Positions 59,073 to 64,000 of a stretch of 64,000 nucleotides of DNA are shown here, piece after piece. Numbering within the stretch: the first letter of the stretch is position 1; each line of letters starts with the position of its first letter. The translations under genes and the position numbers were made by a program. Source of the stretch: an uncultured Bacilli bacterium (GTDB lineage: Bacteria > Bacillota_I > Bacilli_A > RF39 > UBA660); contig CALVKF010000002.1 of assembly GCA_944332555.1 (NCBI GenBank), positions 2,962 through 66,961 on the forward strand, given 5' to 3'. The notes beneath the pieces are model-generated. The model saw only the letters and a list, made by a program, of their open reading frames with translations. It did not search any database and was not told where the DNA came from.

Positions 59073-60848
59073 TTAAATTTCAATACGATATGGATTATCA
59101 ATTGAGCCATCACCAGAGGAGTATACTGTATTTGAATTGAGGTAAAAGACGGGTCTGACGGCGCTTTTTTCCATGATAGACGTATAAAATTCTAGACCTC
59201 CATAACTCCAAATATTATATGTATAAAAATAAGCCAAGTATGATGGGGAAAGAGTTAGTTCATAAAATCCCATATACATCCAATTGTTACTTCGTGCATT
59301 ATGATAATAAAATAAATCAGTTGTCCAATAATCTGGATTTGCTGCATATCCATAATCACTTACATACATTAAACCGATTTTACCATTAGCGATTACGGGA
59401 TTGTTATTATAACCAGCATTATTTCTTTCGGCATTATAATATGCTTTTGCCGCTCCCATTTCATCGTCACTAATTCCTCCAAGATACCATGTTGTATTCG
59501 ATATCATTTCACTCCAAGGCTCCCCTAAATAATTTAAATAATTTGTATTTAAATTTATTGTATTAAGCTCACTTGTTGTCCAATCATTTGAGCCCAGTTC
59601 GCTTACACTAGTATCGTAATTCCATCTATATATAGCGATAGCACTTGTATTCATAGTTCCATTATAATAATCTGCGTGCGCTCCTACTTCAGATAATATT
59701 CCAACATAATCTCTGCTATTTGTCCCTAACATTTCGCTTGTTGTATAATCGGCTTTGATTAATTTTACTTCATCACCAAATACTCCAATGATTCTATATA
59801 GGTTTTCAGTTGGACATACCGGTGCATCAGAACCAAAACAAACATAATTTTTAATGTTATCATCGGTTAAATAACTATCATTTACTGCTTGTTCCAATGC
59901 ATCACTTATTTTAGTATATTGCGTATTATTACTATCATAAGCTAACGTATAATAGAAATTGCCTGAACAATCATCAATAAATGTTGTATCTTCTACTCCA
60001 TCACAATATTTTTTTATCACACCGCCGTATATTTGACTATATGTTCCTTGATAGCTTTCAGCTATTTCATAATCTCCCCCGCTATATCTATATGAATTAT
60101 CTCCAGCTTCTTGATCGGCATTTGTATAACTTCCCACTCCATCATGATAATAAAGTCCATTTACTCCATCTTCAACATATACATTTTCTATTATATAATT
60201 AGCAAGTGTATATTTAGGTTCTCTTGATAATATAATCTCTGCTTCTAATGTTTTACCACCATTGTCCGCTTGATTGGTATCTAGATTGATAAATGATACT
60301 GTAAATGTCCATTTTTGTATTGTATCTTCTGTACTTGATGTTGATGTTATTTCATAAAGTTCTGCTACATTAAATAACCCACTTTTGGTTGTTATATCAA
60401 ATCCTGATACTCCACCAGAAGTTACATAATCTAGTCCACTAATATTTGTTACTGGGTTATCATTAGGATCTGTTATTGTAAGTACCATTTCTGGTGTTTG
60501 TTCAGGAGTTGTATAGATATAATTATTAGTGTTTATTCTAAAATAAACATAATAATTATATGTAGCATTATTATCTGTTGAATTAGCTCTTAATATTGCA
60601 CTACCTACAGCAGTATCACTTAAATTACTTCCGCCTTCAGTTACATTAAATTGATTAGGATTTAAAGTGATATCTTTATCCACTTCAAAGTTTAAGACAT
60701 CTACTGTATCTGATATCACACTAGCATTACTTCTTGCTTCATCTTGTATTTGGGCTATAATATATGCTAGTGTTGTTCCAATACATAACATTAACACTAC
60801 AACTATTATTAATATGTTTCTTTTTTTAACATCTAATTTTACTTCCAT
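59073..60848 (-). CDS. membrane-anchored secreted protein, paralog family P (copy 3)
   Basis: Same C-terminal blocks (LANYIIENVYVEDGVNGLYYHDG, GDNSYRYSG, NYVCFGSDAPVCPTENLYRIIGVFGDEVKLIKADYTT, KIGLMYVSDYGYA, VRPVFYLNSNTVYSSGDGSIDNPYRIEI). The N-terminus IGTTLAYIIAQ resembles SipW-type signal peptides. Confidence 0.6.
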   Translation of the reverse strand: MEVKLDVKKRNILIIVVVLMLCIGTTLAYIIAQIQDEARSNASVISDTVDVLNFEVDKDITLNPNQFNVTEGGSNLSDTAVGSAILRANSTDNNATYNYYVYFRINTNNYIYTTPEQTPEMVLTITDPNDNPVTNISGLDYVTSGGVSGFDITTKSGLFNVAELYEITSTSSTEDTIQKWTFTVSFINLDTNQADNGGKTLEAEIILSREPKYTLANYIIENVYVEDGVNGLYYHDGVGSYTNADQEAGDNSYRYSGGDYEIAESYQGTYSQIYGGVIKKYCDGVEDTTFIDDCSGNFYYTLAYDSNNTQYTKISDALEQAVNDSYLTDDNIKNYVCFGSDAPVCPTENLYRIIGVFGDEVKLIKADYTTSEMLGTNSRDYVGILSEVGAHADYYNGTMNTSAIAIYRWNYDTSVSELGSNDWTTSELNTINLNTNYLNYLGEPWSEMISNTTWYLGGISDDEMGAAKAYYNAERNNAGYNNNPVIANGKIGLMYVSDYGYAANPDYWTTDLFYYHNARSNNWMYMGFYELTLSPSYLAYFYTYNIWSYGGLEFYTSIMEKSAVRPVFYLNSNTVYSSGDGSIDNPYRIEI

Positions 60849-60959
60849 TTTACTTCACTCCTCGTATATTATTTCAAAGTAATTATATCATAAAAGTACA
60901 CCCATTGGTAGTACTTTTTGAATAAAAAAATATTAGATAATATTTGTGTGGTGAAAAAT

Positions 60960-61220
60960 ATGAAATACGATAAAGATGATAACAATTACATTTATTATAT
61001 AGTTGGTAAAAATATAAGAAAACAAAGGAAGTTAAAAGGTTGGACACAAAGAAAATTGGCAGAGAAATGTAACTTTTCTGATCATTTTATTGCAGATTTA
61101 GAAAATGAGACATTTAAAACTTGTTCTCTTAATTCTTTATATCATATATCAAAAGTAATGGAAATTCCTATAAAAGAATTTTTTGAAGAAATAAATGAAA
61201 ATGATTTAAAGAAAAAATAA
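60960..61220 (+). CDS. small XRE-family HTH regulator (module 3)
   Basis: VGKNIRKQRKLKGWTQRKLAEKCNFSDHFIADLEN. Start taken at ATG 60960 behind GTGGTG (the ORF track starts at TTG 60918). Confidence 0.65.
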   Translation: MKYDKDDNNYIYYIVGKNIRKQRKLKGWTQRKLAEKCNFSDHFIADLENETFKTCSLNSLYHISKVMEIPIKEFFEEINENDLKKK

Positions 61221-61277
61221 AATATATTGACTTATAAATAAATAAACAGTAATATAATACTTAAGGAGTAGTGATAT

Positions 61278-62126
61278 ATGAAAAGATTACTTAAATTATT
61301 TAGTATTGGTATTTGTTTTATACCTATGGTTGCTAATGCCACTTTAGAGGCACCCGACTATGAAATATTGTGGGGATATGTTGAAGATAATACTTGTGGA
61401 ATTGGTTCAGTATCTGGTAAAATTGAACTTACTAGTTACTCTTGTGTTAATAAACCAAGTGGAGAGGAAGAATTAATTGCTACATTTACCAGAGATAATA
61501 ATACTTTAACATTTGAAAATAATAAGAGCACTTATAACTATGGTGGTCCAGGTGAAGAAAGTACAATAACTACTAATGGTAATAATGAAATTGAAGTACT
61601 ATATAGCGATAAGTATATTATTAATGGAAATGGTTCTTTAAAAATTGATGGTCTTTATAGTAGTGAAAATACATTAGATGAAAATAATAATCAATTATAT
61701 TATATAGTATTTAATGATATTGATGGCAAACAATATGTTGTTTTAAATGAAGATGGGACTAAATTCTTAGTAACATCTAAAGAAGATTTTGAAGCAAAAT
61801 TTGCAAGTATTAAAGAATATAATGAAGCATTAGAAAATATAGAATATGATGAAAATGCCTACTTTATAAACCCTCATTATCATGTTGTTCCTCTAGCAAT
61901 TACAAAAGATTGGGTAAATAATAATATAACTACCGATTTAAAAGTTACTTATAATGATGATGGTTCTGTATTATTTGGAAAAATTCAAACAAATACAGAT
62001 AATGAAACAAATGAAAATACTAATAATGAAGAAAAAGAAAATAGTAATATAACTATTCCAATAGCTATTGGAGTTGGAGCCATAATTGGTATTGGAATAG
62101 TAGTAATTTTAGTTAAGAAAAGATAA
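61278..62126 (+). CDS. secreted protein with C-terminal TM anchor (282 aa)
   Basis: Signal peptide MKRLLKLFSIGICFIPMVANA and C-terminal helix IAIGVGAIIGIGIVVILV. Confidence 0.45.
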   Translation: MKRLLKLFSIGICFIPMVANATLEAPDYEILWGYVEDNTCGIGSVSGKIELTSYSCVNKPSGEEELIATFTRDNNTLTFENNKSTYNYGGPGEESTITTNGNNEIEVLYSDKYIINGNGSLKIDGLYSSENTLDENNNQLYYIVFNDIDGKQYVVLNEDGTKFLVTSKEDFEAKFASIKEYNEALENIEYDENAYFINPHYHVVPLAITKDWVNNNITTDLKVTYNDDGSVLFGKIQTNTDNETNENTNNEEKENSNITIPIAIGVGAIIGIGIVVILVKKR

Positions 62127-62136
62127 TAAAAACGCA

Positions 62137-64000
62137 TTAACTGCGTTTTTTGTTTTTAAAATATTTAAATATTTCCATAACAAGTATTATTATAGTAGAT
62201 GCTAGGAATAATACAATCATATGAGTTATTGGAACAGTTGTTGTATTTAAAAAGTCACTTAAGAATGGTACTTCCATAACTATAACTTGTAAAATGATAG
62301 CTCCAATGATTGTTGCTATAATTAAGGGATTGGTTTTAATATGCATTTTAAATACACTTGTTTTTTCACTACGACAATTAAGAACATGCATATTTTGTAA
62401 AAATACCATAAGTACCATAATATAACCACGAGCTAAATGAATTTCAATATTCATTACATTAATTAAATAATACCAGGTTATAAAGACTATTAAACCAATA
62501 AATAAGCCTGCGGTTAATACTTCTTGCATTAATTCTTTATTAAATATAGATTCTTTTGGACTTCTTGGTTTTTCCTTCATTGTTCCTTCTTCGGTTTTCT
62601 CAAAAGATAAAGCAAAGTCTTGAAGGCCATCAGTAACTATATTTAACCATAAAAGTTGAATGGCAACCAGAGGCATTGGTAAATTGAATATTATTGATAA
62701 TACAAAGAATAACACTTCAGCAAGGCCACAAGAAAGTAACATATAACTTACTTTTCTAATGTTCGCATAAGCGGTTCTTCCTTCTTCAATTCCACTTACT
62801 ATAGAAGTGAAGTTATCATCTAAAATAATCATATTAGCAGTTTCTTTAGCAACATCAGTACCACTACCCATAGCAATACCAATATTAGCACTTTTAATAG
62901 CTGGGGCATCATTTACTCCATCCCCTGTAACCGCTACAAATTCCCCTTGCTTCTTTAATGAATCAATAATAGCTAATTTATCTAGAGGTGTTACTCTGGC
63001 AAACACTTTTTTATCCTTAATAAATTCTGCAAAACTTTTTTCGCCTTTTTTAAGTTCTCTTTCTACTTCTTCACCTGTTGCTACTTCAAATTCACTAGTA
63101 ACAAGTTCTAAATCTTTGGCAATTTTTAGAGCTGTTAGAGGATGATCCCCAGTAATCATAATAACTTTTATACCGGCATTGTGACAATCTTTTATAGATT
63201 CTTTTGCTTCATCTCTAATTGGATCAATAAAACCAACTAAACCTAAAACTGTCATGTTTTTTAAATATTCTTCATCATAATTATCTTTTTTAGAAAAATT
63301 AGGTACTTCGCCATCACATATAGCTATAACTCGGTAGCCATCCTTAGCTAAATTCTCATTTTGTTCTTGTAGCAAGGATTCATCTAATTTTTCTCTTTTA
63401 CCATCAACTAGCATATATTTAGAAAATTCAAGTATTTTTTCTAGTGATCCTTTAACTGTACAATAAACAGACTCCTCTTTTTCATAAAACACTGCTGAAT
63501 ATTTATTAAGAGATTCATAAGGTATTCGATCAATTACTTTAATACTATCAAGATCTACTTTGGCTTTTTTACTTAAAGCTAAAAATGCTATATCGATAGA
63601 ATCTCCAAAACTTATCCATTTGTCATCTTCAAATTTTAATTCTGCTTCAGTATTAAGTGCTCCAAGTAAGGCAATATTATTTGTTCCAGTATTGCCATTA
63701 TTTATTTCTCCTTTATCACTATAGCCAATACCAGTTATATCAAATTCCTTTTTATTTGGTGTAACAATTTTTTTAGCAGTTTGTTTATTAATAGTTAGAG
63801 TTCCAGTTTTATCACTCGCAATAACGGTACAACTTCCTAAAGACTCAACAGAATTTAGTTTTTTAACAACGACATTTTTCTTAGACATTTTATTAGATGC
63901 TATAGTAAGAGCCATAGTTAAAGCTAAAGGTAAACCTTCAGGCATGGCTGAAACTGCAAGAGCAATAACCGATAAAAATATTTCCGTACCTGATACTCCT
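62137..64000 (-). CDS. P-type cation (Ca2+-type, P2A-like) ATPase, C-terminal ~620 codons (continues past the right edge)
   Basis: DKTGTLT phosphorylation motif, TGDHPLTA, and the GDGVNDAPA hinge. The frame stays open to position 64000. Confidence 0.85.
   Translation of the reverse strand, partial: GVSGTEIFLSVIALAVSAMPEGLPLALTMALTIASNKMSKKNVVVKKLNSVESLGSCTVIASDKTGTLTINKQTAKKIVTPNKKEFDITGIGYSDKGEINNGNTGTNNIALLGALNTEAELKFEDDKWISFGDSIDIAFLALSKKAKVDLDSIKVIDRIPYESLNKYSAVFYEKEESVYCTVKGSLEKILEFSKYMLVDGKREKLDESLLQEQNENLAKDGYRVIAICDGEVPNFSKKDNYDEEYLKNMTVLGLVGFIDPIRDEAKESIKDCHNAGIKVIMITGDHPLTALKIAKDLELVTSEFEVATGEEVERELKKGEKSFAEFIKDKKVFARVTPLDKLAIIDSLKKQGEFVAVTGDGVNDAPAIKSANIGIAMGSGTDVAKETANMIILDDNFTSIVSGIEEGRTAYANIRKVSYMLLSCGLAEVLFFVLSIIFNLPMPLVAIQLLWLNIVTDGLQDFALSFEKTEEGTMKEKPRSPKESIFNKELMQEVLTAGLFIGLIVFITWYYLINVMNIEIHLARGYIMVLMVFLQNMHVLNCRSEKTSVFKMHIKTNPLIIATIIGAIILQVIVMEVPFLSDFLNTTTVPITHMIVLFLASTIIILVMEIFKYFKNKKRS

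Overview
AT-rich (by eye about 70-75% A+T) chromosomal segment from a low-GC Bacillota-type bacterium, possibly Erysipelotrichia/Mollicutes-like. It uses the standard genetic code: TGA terminates rpsG and Trp is TGG. All calls come from reading the sequence and ORF track and recognising motifs; no database search was run.

Core content, mostly on the minus strand:
- rlmB-sigH-secE-nusG (6.7-8.8 kb)
- transporters (CaCA, CorA, DAACS, FtsX/ABC, P-type ATPase)
- a TIGR01212-type radical SAM gene, a short Rel/SpoT homolog, dapL, recG, PFOR, eno, a FemAB-family gene, tRNA-Thr(CGU)
- a ribosomal block rplK-rplA-rplJ-rplL ... rpsL-rpsG-fusA-tuf (49-56.4 kb) that lacks rpoB/rpoC and is not joined to nusG

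Accessory content and main hunting results:
1. Two paralogous, promoter-to-terminator defined C-rich small RNA genes bracket recG.
2. A single Abi_2-like gene sits between PFOR and eno. Its mRNA has 5' and 3' hairpins with different stems but perfectly complementary 11-nt loops.
3. A two-gene module occurs three times: a small XRE regulator divergent from a large membrane-anchored secreted paralog. Each copy has its own palindromic operator, and one copy is followed by a sigma factor with long N- and C-terminal extensions.
4. A three-gene operon is led by a 109-aa protein and a 469-aa protein made of a MazF/PemK-like domain plus four degenerate repeats.
5. A GC-rich collagen-like (GxT) gene is tightly followed by a GT2-TPR glycosyltransferase. 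This islet is bracketed by inverted paralogous small genes.
6. An orphan MqsA-type Zn-ribbon/HTH + DUF4065 (Panacea-like) gene lies directly after tuf.
7. Ribosomal protein L11 carries a 60-aa acidic tail.
8. An XRE-membrane regulator is split by an A8 homopolymer.

No CRISPR array, rRNA, integrase or transposase was seen.
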